Below, one piece after another: positions 34,586 to 43,628 of a DNA stretch of 64,000 bases. The stretch is from the NCBI GenBank assembly GCA_964653795.1, contig CAZZHO010000001.1:22426-86425 (forward strand). The letters are read 5' to 3'. Below the pieces are notes generated by a model. That model did not search any database. It was not told the origin of the DNA and saw only the letters and a program-made list of their open reading frames with translations. Position 1 is the first letter of the stretch. Each line of letters opens with the position of its first letter. This stretch comes from an uncultured Roseivirgaceae bacterium. GTDB lineage: Bacteria > Bacteroidota > Bacteroidia > Cytophagales > Cyclobacteriaceae. The position numbers were made by a program, and so were the translations under genes.

Positions 34586-34797
34586 AGCCCTCTGTTTCTA
34601 AATACTTTGGAGAGTTCCTCCTCTTTGAACCCTTTGTATGCGGGTTGTGATAGAATATCAGAAATTTCTTGATCTGAAAATGCCAATTGATCTATTAAAT
34701 TGGTGACATTGATCTTCTCCAGAAAACTTCTTGAGCGATCATCAAGAAATTGCAATTTGTCATAATTGTTCAATCCTACAGAGGACTTATCTATCAT
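34582..34797 (-). CDS. Hypothetical small soluble protein (71 aa)
   Basis: ORF translationally coupled to 34061-34585. No family recognised. Confidence 0.4.
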   Translation of the reverse strand: MIDKSSVGLNNYDKLQFLDDRSRSFLEKINVTNLIDQLAFSDQEISDILSQPAYKGFKEEELSKVFRNRGL

Positions 34798-34958
34798 GGC
34801 AGTGGTGGTTTACATCAAGATTATCGTAAGTTCTATTACCTAACGGAGAAATCCGAATGAGAGTGTCACCGTTGAAGTAAAAAAACTAAACTTTCGTCCA
34901 ATAGAACACCACCTAAGTCCTGAAGACACTACTTCTTTATTAAAATTTTTTTTTTGCA

Positions 34959-36200
34959 ATGAGACGAGTCGTAATCACTGGAATGGGAGCTCTTACTCCC
35001 ATAGGTAACAATGTTTCTGAATTTTCATCTGCCCTAAAGGCTGGTAAGTCGGGAGGAGGTGAGATTACCTATTTTGATACAGCTAATTTCAAAACGAAAA
35101 TAGCCTGCCAGCTTCAAGGGTTTGACTTGAAAGGCCACTTAGATAGAAAGGAGATTAGAACCAACGATCTTTATGTGCAATATGCATTGGTTGCTACGGA
35201 AGAGGCTATTAAAGATGCAGAAGTAGACTTTAATACAGTTGATAGAACAAGGGTCGGTGTAATCTGGGGTACGGGAAATGGAGGAATTCAGAGCTTTCAG
35301 GATGAGGTATTGGAATATGCTCAGGGAAATGGCACTCCAAGATTCAATCCTTATTTCGTGCCGAAGATAATAGTGAACATGGCAGCAGGTGTAATTTCAA
35401 TCAAATACGGACTGAAGGGCATTTCATTCACGCCAGTTTCTGCATGTGCAACTGGTAACACTGCCATTATTGAAGCAGCCAATTATATCAAATGGGGTCA
35501 GGCTGATATGGTGGTAGCAGGTGGTTCTGATGCCGCTATTTGTGAGTCTGGTATTGCAGGATTCAATGCAAATAAGGCCTTGAGTACACGAAATGATGAA
35601 CCAGGGACTGCTTCAAGACCTTTTGATGCTTCGCGTGATGGATTTGTAATGGGCGAAGGAGCAGGTACCCTGATTTTGGAAGAGTATGAACATGCTAAAA
35701 GACGTGGAGCAAAAATTTATGCGGAATATGCTGGAGGAGCCATGACTAGCGATGCGCATCACCTTACCGCAACCCATCCAGAGGGAGAAGGGGCTCAGAG
35801 AGCAATTTATTTGGGGATGAACGAAGCTGGTATTTCACCATCGGATATTGGCTATGTGAATATGCATGCTACATCGACTCCCATGGGGGATATAAGTGAA
35901 TTGAAGGCTTTAAGCGCAGTTTTTGGTAGTCTGTCTCCCAAGATTAGCGCAACTAAGTCAATGACAGGTCATTTGTTAGGTGGAGCCGGAGCTGTCGAAG
36001 GAATAGCATCCATCTTGGCTATGAACAAGGGATTTATTCCACCCACCATCAATACGAAAGATCTAGATGATCAGGTTCCTGTAGGGCTAGATATTGTACT
36101 GGGAGAAGCTGAAAACTCAGATTTCAATTTTGCATTGAGTAATACTTTCGGCTTTGGAGGACACAATGCCATTGTAATTTTTAAGAAAGTAGGTCAGTGA
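34959..36200 (+). CDS. fabF: Beta-ketoacyl-ACP synthase II
   Basis: MRRVVITGMGALTPIGN N-terminus, active-site Cys in SACATGN, His motifs in HATSTPMGD and SMTGHLLGGAG. 413 aa. Confidence 0.95.
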   Translation: MRRVVITGMGALTPIGNNVSEFSSALKAGKSGGGEITYFDTANFKTKIACQLQGFDLKGHLDRKEIRTNDLYVQYALVATEEAIKDAEVDFNTVDRTRVGVIWGTGNGGIQSFQDEVLEYAQGNGTPRFNPYFVPKIIVNMAAGVISIKYGLKGISFTPVSACATGNTAIIEAANYIKWGQADMVVAGGSDAAICESGIAGFNANKALSTRNDEPGTASRPFDASRDGFVMGEGAGTLILEEYEHAKRRGAKIYAEYAGGAMTSDAHHLTATHPEGEGAQRAIYLGMNEAGISPSDIGYVNMHATSTPMGDISELKALSAVFGSLSPKISATKSMTGHLLGGAGAVEGIASILAMNKGFIPPTINTKDLDDQVPVGLDIVLGEAENSDFNFALSNTFGFGGHNAIVIFKKVGQ

Positions 36201-36249
36201 AATCGCAAATTACCCGCTGTAAGCCGGTTGGCAGTCTGGGTTCTAGATG

Positions 36250-36277
36250 AATGATAGTGCCTGAACTATCATTTTTG
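36250..36277 (+). terminator. Rho-independent terminator downstream of fabF
   Basis: Perfect 9-bp stem AATGATAGT/ACTATCATT with loop GCCTGA, followed by a T-rich run (TTTTGTT). Confidence 0.7.
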
Positions 36278-36723
36278 TTGGTTTGGAGATCAGCTAAACA
36301 TGTCTAATCCGATCAAACAAAAAGTAATGATCATGTTGATTGACAAGAAGATTTTTTGTTTGGTGTTCATTTTGAAAATAGTCATAATCGTTTCTTTTTT
36401 TCGAATGTAGATTACCTCAGAAAGGGATAAAGTGAATTTTAGATCACTGGCAGTTTTTAAACGATAACCACACGAAATGCCAGATAAACGAATCTTTTAG
36501 GTTTTGAATTCTAACGCTTTTGAACAATTATTTAAAAATTGTAGTTGGAGGTTCATTCACTGAAAAAATGTCAAAATCCACCAATGATTATTTGTAGTCT
36601 TTAATCATATGGTAAATTTTATTGTGATCCTTGAAATTGCCTGGTTATTTTCTTTGAAGTTATTGTTAAGGGTTTCACATTTGTAGATGTTCCAAAAGAG
36701 GAATTTGATAATAATTAAGAGTT

Positions 36724-37239
36724 ATGAGAAGAAATTTTCTATTTATAGCGGTGCTGTTTTTGTCTTTCGGCGCTTTAGGTCAGCAGTCATTTAGGTTCAA
36801 TTATGCTGAAGGGCAGCTAGATGATTCAGAAATCCTTGACTCGGATTTGAGACCTCACTACTTAGGTCAGGAATTTAGTTTGAAAATGGCGATGCTTTGG
36901 AAATCTTACACATGGTTGGAAGAGGCGAGTGCGGTTAACCCTGCTCCCAAAAGAGTAACGGATAAGACGCCAATTTTTACAGCTATGAAGAAATTGAATA
37001 GTTATTACAAAAAGCAATTGAAAGCAGGGACTATCACTGAAGCCTTAGCAAAGGAGAAATTGCAGAGAGTCATGGACATAGTACTGTGTATCAGATATCA
37101 AAATACAATTGAATTCGAAGAGTTCTTATTGCAGAAAGCGAATAAAAAACCAGCGGCCTTAGATGAATTGTTTAGCCAGAGAGTGACGCTTTCAGGATCT
37201 TCTAAATACAACACTGCACTATCAAGCGCAGGTAACTAG
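36724..37239 (+). CDS. Hypothetical secreted protein
   Basis: Signal peptide MRRNFLFIAVLFLSFGALGQ. 171 aa, no family recognised. Confidence 0.55.
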   Translation: MRRNFLFIAVLFLSFGALGQQSFRFNYAEGQLDDSEILDSDLRPHYLGQEFSLKMAMLWKSYTWLEEASAVNPAPKRVTDKTPIFTAMKKLNSYYKKQLKAGTITEALAKEKLQRVMDIVLCIRYQNTIEFEEFLLQKANKKPAALDELFSQRVTLSGSSKYNTALSSAGN

Positions 37240-38459
37240 TAAGACATTTCAATTCCGACACTTTTTAAGTCCTCCCAATAACCAGGGTAGGACTTTTTTA
37301 TTACCTCTGGCTCCTTAACAGTAAGATCACTTCTTAATGCCAATGGTCCAAAAGCCATGGCCATCCTGTGATCCTCATAGGTCTCTATCTCTGGGGCCTC
37401 AAAATCGTCATTTCCTGGTACCAGCTGCCATTTGGTTCCATCAGCATTTTCTATTAGTTGAGTGCCAATTTTGCTCAGCTCCCTTCTCATAGCATCAATC
37501 CTGTCGGTCTCTTTGATTTTCAGGGTTTCCAGACCTGTCATATGTAGGGTTATTCTTTTCAGAGCAGCTGCTACCATTACACCTTGAGCTAGATCAGGAC
37601 ATGTTTTGAAGTCAATTGACAATTCTTTTTCAAATTCTTCCTCTTTGCGAATTGTAAGTTGGTTGTCTTCAAAGTCTGTAGTAACTCCGAAAGATTTCAT
37701 TATTTCTACTATGCGGCTATCACCTTGAAGACTTTGTTTTTTTAATCCTTTCAGTGTCAATTCAGCTTCTTCCGCTACAGCAGCCATTACATACCAATAG
37801 CTTGCTCCTGACCAATCACTCTCTACTGTGTGATCTTTGCTCTGATAGGGTTGCGGCTTTATTGAGATAGTGTTGTCAGACCAGATGTGGCTTATGCCGA
37901 ACTCTTGCATTAAGCTCAATGTCATTTCTATGTATGGCCTGCTAAATATATCTTCAGTCAAAGTAAGGTTCAAACCGTCTGGCAAAGACGGGGCGATCAT
38001 AAGTAAGGCACTTATAAATTGACTGGATATATTGCCAGGTACGCTTATCGCATTTCTTTTTTGGTGCCTTAATGCATTGATACTCAAAGGGGGGTATCCA
38101 GTGTTTTCAAGATATTTGATTTCACATCCGAGCTCGTTTAGTGCATCTACCAAAATACCTATCGGTCTCTGTTTCATTCTTTCAGTTCCGGTAATGGTAT
38201 GCCCTTGACCTTTCAAAGCAAGGTAGGCAGTACAGAACCTCATGGTCGTTCCAGCTTCCATCACATCCCACAGCTTATCTTCCTGGTTGAGCAATCGAAG
38301 CATCGTCTGGGTGTCCTTAGCATCACTTACATTCTTTAGATCAAAAGGCTTTTCCGAGAGGGCGGACATGAGTAAAAGTCTGTTGCTCTCGCTCTTGGAA
38401 GAGGAAAGATGGATGGTACCGTGAAGTTTGGCACTGGATTTGTATAAGTGTAGGCTCAC
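37236..38459 (-). CDS. aroA: 3-phosphoshikimate 1-carboxyvinyltransferase (EPSP synthase)
   Basis: SSSKSESNRLLLMSAL signature and 407 aa. GTG start. Confidence 0.9.
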   Translation of the reverse strand: MSLHLYKSSAKLHGTIHLSSSKSESNRLLLMSALSEKPFDLKNVSDAKDTQTMLRLLNQEDKLWDVMEAGTTMRFCTAYLALKGQGHTITGTERMKQRPIGILVDALNELGCEIKYLENTGYPPLSINALRHQKRNAISVPGNISSQFISALLMIAPSLPDGLNLTLTEDIFSRPYIEMTLSLMQEFGISHIWSDNTISIKPQPYQSKDHTVESDWSGASYWYVMAAVAEEAELTLKGLKKQSLQGDSRIVEIMKSFGVTTDFEDNQLTIRKEEEFEKELSIDFKTCPDLAQGVMVAAALKRITLHMTGLETLKIKETDRIDAMRRELSKIGTQLIENADGTKWQLVPGNDDFEAPEIETYEDHRMAMAFGPLALRSDLTVKEPEVIKKSYPGYWEDLKSVGIEMSY

Positions 38460-38465
38460 TGTAAG

Positions 38466-38675
38466 GTGTTATTCAAAAACAAAAACCGAAATAAATACGT
38501 CTTTAATCTTATGGCAACTTTAGGCAAAACTATTCTCTCTATTATCGCTTCATCTTTGTTAGCTGCGCTTACTATAGTGTTCGTTTCACCGAAGAAAGTG
38601 TTCAAAAGTAAAACGGTCGTTCAGAAGACAAGCACTTCCAAATCAAAAGAAGACAAAGACAATCTATTCATATAG
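38466..38675 (+). CDS. Possible small membrane protein with a Lys-rich tail
   Basis: 69-aa ORF filling the aroB-aroA gap on the opposite strand, with one hydrophobic helix (ILSIIASSLLAALTIVFV). It may be spurious. Confidence 0.25.
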   Translation: MLFKNKNRNKYVFNLMATLGKTILSIIASSLLAALTIVFVSPKKVFKSKTVVQKTSTSKSKEDKDNLFI

Positions 38676-39704
38676 GGCATTGTAAAACTCATATGCTTCT
38701 GCAATGTCGGAAGTAGTGACTCGTATATTCCATTCGCATTTCCCTATTGACGAAAGGAGGGAAAAGTTGATTTGATTTCCCTCATTCTTTTTGTCTTGTT
38801 TCAAAAGACTGGCAATTTCTTCGATCTCTGGTAAGTCCACTTTATCAAAGTTTCCTGCTATATACCCAGATATACCCAGGAGCTCACGATTTGTTAGCCC
38901 CAGCGACATCTCAGATAATTTTGCTTCTAAAATCATCCCCACGGCGATAGCTTCTCCGTGCAAAAGACTGTTTGCTTTTTCTAAAAAATGGGTTTCAATA
39001 GCATGCCCGAGAGTATGACCAAAATTCAAAATTTTCCGCAGCCCCTTTTCGGTTGGATCTACTTTCACCACTTCTCCTTTAATATAGACCGATCGCTCCA
39101 GAAGCCGATTCCAGTCTAGTCTCTCACTAAACTTCTCTTGAGAAATGGCCAACCAGTAATTATGGTCATAGATCAATCCATGCTTTATCACTTCTGCAAA
39201 ACCTGACCTTAGCTGCCTTTCGTCCAAAGTATCTAGAAAAGTTGTATCCAAGATTACCAGGTTGGGTTCTTGAAAGACTCCAATATGATTTTTCAGTCCC
39301 TCAAAATCGACTCCCACCTTTCCTCCAATACTGGCATCCACCTGCGCCAACAAGGTTGTGGGGATGTTACAGAAATTAATGCCTCTTTTGTAGGTGGCAG
39401 CCACGAAGCCACCCATATCTGTGATTACGCCGCCTCCTAGGTTAATCATCAAAGAATTACGAGAAAGTTGCATGGAAGTCAAACCCCTCCAGATATTCTG
39501 GCAAGTAGCAAGGGTCTTCTCCGTTTCTCCACTTTTTACTTCTATGATCTGATAAGAAAAGTCTAACTGAAGTTTGGGTAAGCAATATTGATTACTGTTT
39601 TCATCTACAAGAAATACAATTTTATCAAAGGAATTTTCTCGTATGAAATTCTGCAGTACTTCCGATACAGCATCAGTCAAAACTACATTTTTCGGTATGG
39701 ACAT
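38664..39704 (-). CDS. aroB: 3-dehydroquinate synthase
   Basis: GGGVITDMGGFVAATYKRGINFCNIPTTLLAQVDASIGGKVGVD and metal-binding HGEAIA motifs. Confidence 0.92.
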   Translation of the reverse strand: MSIPKNVVLTDAVSEVLQNFIRENSFDKIVFLVDENSNQYCLPKLQLDFSYQIIEVKSGETEKTLATCQNIWRGLTSMQLSRNSLMINLGGGVITDMGGFVAATYKRGINFCNIPTTLLAQVDASIGGKVGVDFEGLKNHIGVFQEPNLVILDTTFLDTLDERQLRSGFAEVIKHGLIYDHNYWLAISQEKFSERLDWNRLLERSVYIKGEVVKVDPTEKGLRKILNFGHTLGHAIETHFLEKANSLLHGEAIAVGMILEAKLSEMSLGLTNRELLGISGYIAGNFDKVDLPEIEEIASLLKQDKKNEGNQINFSLLSSIGKCEWNIRVTTSDIAEAYEFYNALYE

Positions 39705-39800
39705 AGAAGTAATAAATTCGAATGGCGAATTAACAGAATCTTTAGTGTTTTACAGAGAATTGGTCTTCATATTGCTGAACAATCAAAGACCCCTACAAAT

Positions 39801-39808
39801 TATATTTG
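39801..39808 (+). promoter_or_regulatory. Bacteroidota-type -7 promoter box TATATTTG
   Basis: Exact match to TAnnTTTG, 22 nt upstream of ATG 39830. Confidence 0.4.
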
Positions 39809-39829
39809 CATCGCTTTTTTGATGATTAC

Positions 39830-41011
39830 ATGGCAGACCCCAGAATTACATTTGAAGACACCTCCGTAGCTTTTGCCTCAAAGACTAATTGGGATTTGAA
39901 AAAGGCCCGATTGGTTTTTGAAACCATGAAATATCCTTGGATGGTGAAGCTTGGTACGACCCTTACTACTCGGGCTTTAAATTGGCATTTACCGGTAAAA
40001 GGCTTGATCAAGAATACGTTGTTTAGCCAATTCTGTGGAGGAGAGTCTATTCGTGATTGTCAAGCAACAATTGATGCTTTAGGTCAATATGGTGTTCAGA
40101 CTATATTAGACTATTCAGTGGAAGGGCAGGAGAATGAAGACAGCTTTGATGCTACGCTGAGGGAGTCGTTGGAGGTTGTAAGTTTTGCGAAGAACCAAGA
40201 GCATATAGCTTTTTGTGTTATCAAGTTTACTGGGTTGGGGTCCGCTGCTTTAATGACAAAGGTGCAAGCAGGTGAGACACTTACTTCAGAGGAAAAAGAA
40301 CAATACGAGCGCTTTGAGAATAGGGTGCATGTGCTTGCTGAGGCGGTTGCTCAGAATGGCCTTAGGCTGATGGTGGATGCGGAAGAAACCTGGATCCAGG
40401 ATGAGATAGATCGATTGACTTACGAACTGATGATGCTTCACAATAAAGAGGAAGCCATAGTTTACAATACCTACCAACTATACCGCCATGAGGCGCTCAA
40501 GAATATGCAGAGGGCATATGATCGATTGGGTGGTAAAGGTTTTTTCTTCGGTGCCAAAGTAGTACGAGGTGCATATATGGAAAAGGAGCGCGCTAGAGCT
40601 GAGTCATTAGGTTATGTCGACCCCATCCAGCCAGACAAAGCATCCACTGATAAGGATTATAATCTGGCGCTTGATTTTGCTTTGGCTCATATCGAGAAGT
40701 TCAGACTTTGTGCAGGAACGCACAATGAATTATCATCTTCTACACTTGCGGATAAGTTCGAGGAGGCAGGTATCGAAAAGGGAGATAAAAGAATATTTTT
40801 TGCTCAGCTTCTTGGTATGAGCGACAATATCAGCTTTCAGTTAGCTAAGTCTGGCTACAATGTCGCTAAGTATGTGCCATATGGCCCTGTGAAGGAGGTT
40901 TTACCTTATCTATTTAGGCGTGCGGATGAGAATACTTCCATCGCTGGTCAAAGTGGACGAGAGTTGACTTTGGTAAAAAAGGAAATTCAAAGACGTAGGC
41001 AGGTTGGTTGA
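39830..41011 (+). CDS. Proline dehydrogenase (monofunctional PRODH)
   Basis: Proline dehydrogenase barrel motifs (...GAKVVRGAYMEKERARA..., ...FAQLLGMSD...). The track start TTG 39806 lies inside the -7 box, so ATG 39830 is preferred. Confidence 0.85.
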   Translation: MADPRITFEDTSVAFASKTNWDLKKARLVFETMKYPWMVKLGTTLTTRALNWHLPVKGLIKNTLFSQFCGGESIRDCQATIDALGQYGVQTILDYSVEGQENEDSFDATLRESLEVVSFAKNQEHIAFCVIKFTGLGSAALMTKVQAGETLTSEEKEQYERFENRVHVLAEAVAQNGLRLMVDAEETWIQDEIDRLTYELMMLHNKEEAIVYNTYQLYRHEALKNMQRAYDRLGGKGFFFGAKVVRGAYMEKERARAESLGYVDPIQPDKASTDKDYNLALDFALAHIEKFRLCAGTHNELSSSTLADKFEEAGIEKGDKRIFFAQLLGMSDNISFQLAKSGYNVAKYVPYGPVKEVLPYLFRRADENTSIAGQSGRELTLVKKEIQRRRQVG

Positions 41012-41034
41012 TGGTTCCTACCAGCTAGGAATGC

Positions 41035-41042
41035 TACTTTTG
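41035..41042 (+). promoter_or_regulatory. Bacteroidota-type -7 promoter box TACTTTTG
   Basis: Exact TAnnTTTG match, 52 nt upstream of the lysS ATG. Confidence 0.35.
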
Positions 41043-41093
41043 CGTTTTGAAAAATTGAAATAGGCTTACTCGGCTATCAAGAGAATATTATCT

Positions 41094-42812
41094 ATGCTAA
41101 GCGAACAGGAAATTCAGAGAAGACAGGCACGTGAAGAATTGATGCAAATGGATATCAATCCGTATCCGCCGGAGTTGTTCCCGGTATCAACCACTGCTGA
41201 AGAAATCGCTAACGAATTTGAAAGCAATCCAGATAAGTTCAAACAGGTAGCCATCGCGGGTAGGATTATGTCTCGTCGGATTATGGGTTCGGCAAGCTTT
41301 TCTGAACTCCAGGATCATACTGGGAGGGTGCAGTTCTACGTGAGAAGAGATGATATCTGCCAGGGAGATGACAAAGAGCTGTATAACACGGTATTCAAGA
41401 AGAAGCTGGATATTGGAGATATTATAGGGATTGAAGGCTTTGTATTCAAAACACAGGTTGGAGAGATATCTATTCATGTTACTTCTCTGAAAGTTTTAAA
41501 TAAGTCTTTGAGGCCTTTACCCATTGTAAAAGAGGCGGTAGACGAAGAAGGAAACAAAAAGACTTGGGATGCCTTCAGCGATCCAGAGCAGAGGTATCGT
41601 CAGCGCTATTTGGATCTAATAGTCAACCCCGAGATCAAAAAAGTATTCCATCAGAGGGCTACGCTTGTTAATACCATTCGAGAATTTTTCAATGGCAAAG
41701 GATATCTCGAAGTAGAAACACCAATATTACAACCCATACACGGTGGAGCTGCCGCAAGGCCTTTTAAAACCCATCACAATACCTTGGATATGCCATTATA
41801 TCTGAGGATAGCGAATGAGCTTTATCTAAAGAGGTTGATAGTAGGAGGATTTGAAGGCGTATATGAATTCGCCAAAGACTTTCGAAATGAAGGTATGTCC
41901 CGTTTTCATAACCCTGAGTTCACTCAAGTCGAATTGTACGTCGCTTACAAAGACTACTTCTGGATGATGGATTTGATGGAGGAGGTAGTCGAGAAAATTG
42001 CATTAAACCTGCATGGAGATACCAAGGTGAAAGTGGGGGAAAATGTTATAGATTTTCAACGTCCCTGGAAGCGATTTACCATGTTCGAAGCTATTGAACA
42101 CTTTGCGGGTATCGATATCTCCGAGATGGAGGAAGAACAGCTCCGAGAGACTGCCAAGTCTTTGCAAGTGCCTTTGGATGATACCATGGGTAAAGCCAAA
42201 ATCATTGATGAGATATTTGGAGAGAAATGTGAGGCCCAATTGATACAGCCCACCTTTATTATGGATTATCCTGAGGAGATGTCTCCTCTGACCAAGAAAC
42301 ACAGATCGAAGCAAGGATTGGTCGAGCGGTTTGAGGCAATATGTAATGGAAAAGAGATCATGAATGCCTACTCCGAGCTTAATGATCCTATTGACCAAAG
42401 GAAACGATTCGAAGACCAACTGGAATTGGCGAAAAGGGGCGATGAGGAAGCGATGGTGCTTGACGAGGACTTTTTGAGAGCCTTGGAATATGGAATGCCA
42501 CCAACTTCTGGAGTTGGATTAGGTATTGATCGCATGACCATGATCATGACGGATTCTCACAGTATCCAGGATGTGCTGTTTTTTCCTCAGATGAGGCCAG
42601 AGAAGAAGTCCAAAGGGGCTGACCTTGCTGGTGATGAGAAAGATGTTTTTGAGGCGCTGGAAAAAGAAGGGAGCATGGATTTGACTGTACTCAAAGAGCA
42701 AGCAGGTTTATCCAATAAAAAATGGGACAAAGCCATAAAGAAGCTGACCCAAGGTGGGTATGCTAAAGTCACTAAGACTGAGGAAGGTTTGACGGTGGAA
42801 GTATTGGGCTAG
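41094..42812 (+). CDS. lysS: Lysine--tRNA ligase (class II) with a ~70-aa C-terminal extension
   Basis: OB anticodon-binding domain plus class II motifs (FRNEG, GLGIDR). 572 aa. Confidence 0.95.
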   Translation: MLSEQEIQRRQAREELMQMDINPYPPELFPVSTTAEEIANEFESNPDKFKQVAIAGRIMSRRIMGSASFSELQDHTGRVQFYVRRDDICQGDDKELYNTVFKKKLDIGDIIGIEGFVFKTQVGEISIHVTSLKVLNKSLRPLPIVKEAVDEEGNKKTWDAFSDPEQRYRQRYLDLIVNPEIKKVFHQRATLVNTIREFFNGKGYLEVETPILQPIHGGAAARPFKTHHNTLDMPLYLRIANELYLKRLIVGGFEGVYEFAKDFRNEGMSRFHNPEFTQVELYVAYKDYFWMMDLMEEVVEKIALNLHGDTKVKVGENVIDFQRPWKRFTMFEAIEHFAGIDISEMEEEQLRETAKSLQVPLDDTMGKAKIIDEIFGEKCEAQLIQPTFIMDYPEEMSPLTKKHRSKQGLVERFEAICNGKEIMNAYSELNDPIDQRKRFEDQLELAKRGDEEAMVLDEDFLRALEYGMPPTSGVGLGIDRMTMIMTDSHSIQDVLFFPQMRPEKKSKGADLAGDEKDVFEALEKEGSMDLTVLKEQAGLSNKKWDKAIKKLTQGGYAKVTKTEEGLTVEVLG

Positions 42813-43465
42813 CTATTGCTAGCCACTGACTTATTAGCCAATACCCGATATTTATCCATGATTCTGAAAACGATGTGCCTAATGAATCGATCATTATCGA
42901 ATCTGTCGTTTCCAAAAATTCCGGAAGCATAGCCTTGCCATACGGTCTTTTTCTTTCTTCTATCGTAAAAAGAAATTAGTAGTGTTCCTTCTCGAAGGTC
43001 ACATTGAATAGGGTCATACCTTTCTCTAGAGCTAGCTCCGTAGGTACCGCCCTCTACATATGGATTGAAAGAAGTAATAACCGAATCCTGTTCTCCGCCG
43101 GAAGAAGCTCGGTCGCTTATACTTGCTGAAAAATTTTCCTGAACCCATTGCTCGAAGTTGGGCTGGCTATATCCTTGAAGCTTGAAGTCTTCATAATAGA
43201 GCTTATAGAAAACCAATAGATTGGGTTTCTTTTCCTTTTGTTGATATCCCCATCTGGTGAGGTTCTGACCCATAAATTTTTCTATTAACTCCTTGTGCAA
43301 CTCTGATCCTTCGAAATGCTTATCAGCTACGAAAGCATAAGATGAGTATTTTCCGAAGTTTCCGTCAAAACTGTAATCGGATTCGATGAGGTGACCATAA
43401 TAGTTTCCGCAACCGCTCAAAACCACAACCATCACAACCATTGGTAAAAAGCTTCTCATATTCAA
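42809..43465 (-). CDS. DUF4136-family lipoprotein
   Basis: Lipobox LSGCGN and the EGTLLISFYDRRKKKTVWQGYASG block. It is a paralog of 17081-17761. Confidence 0.75.
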   Translation of the reverse strand: MNMRSFLPMVVMVVVLSGCGNYYGHLIESDYSFDGNFGKYSSYAFVADKHFEGSELHKELIEKFMGQNLTRWGYQQKEKKPNLLVFYKLYYEDFKLQGYSQPNFEQWVQENFSASISDRASSGGEQDSVITSFNPYVEGGTYGASSRERYDPIQCDLREGTLLISFYDRRKKKTVWQGYASGIFGNDRFDNDRFIRHIVFRIMDKYRVLANKSVASNS

Positions 43466-43598
43466 ATTTTCTTGTCAGGTGGAATATACTATTCTTCAAC
43501 AACAATCGTTTACAAAACCCTTGAGTACCTAGCATATTTATTTCAAATGTACGTGTAAACCAATTATTTACGCTGCATGCATACTAAGTGCTTCTGAT

Positions 43599-43606
43599 TA
43601 TTTTTG
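43599..43606 (+). promoter_or_regulatory. Bacteroidota-type -7 promoter box TATTTTTG
   Basis: Exact TAnnTTTG match, 23 nt upstream of ATG 43629. Confidence 0.4.
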
Positions 43607-43628
43607 TGTAACCCAAAAATGACAGTTT

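Noticed and set aside
36300-36410. 36-aa plus-strand ORF (MSNPIKQKVMIMLIDKKIFCLVFILKIVIIVSFFRM) and an overlapping 26-aa minus-strand ORF (MNTKQKIFLSINMIITFCLIGLDMFS).
   Set aside because: They overlap each other on opposite strands in very AT-rich DNA, where hydrophobic short ORFs arise by chance. Neither has a supporting signal.
41015-41031. Hairpin TTCCTA-CCAGC-TAGGAA after the proline dehydrogenase stop.
   Set aside because: It has a short 6-bp AT-rich stem, and the following T-run belongs to the lysS -7 box. It is too weak to annotate as a terminator.
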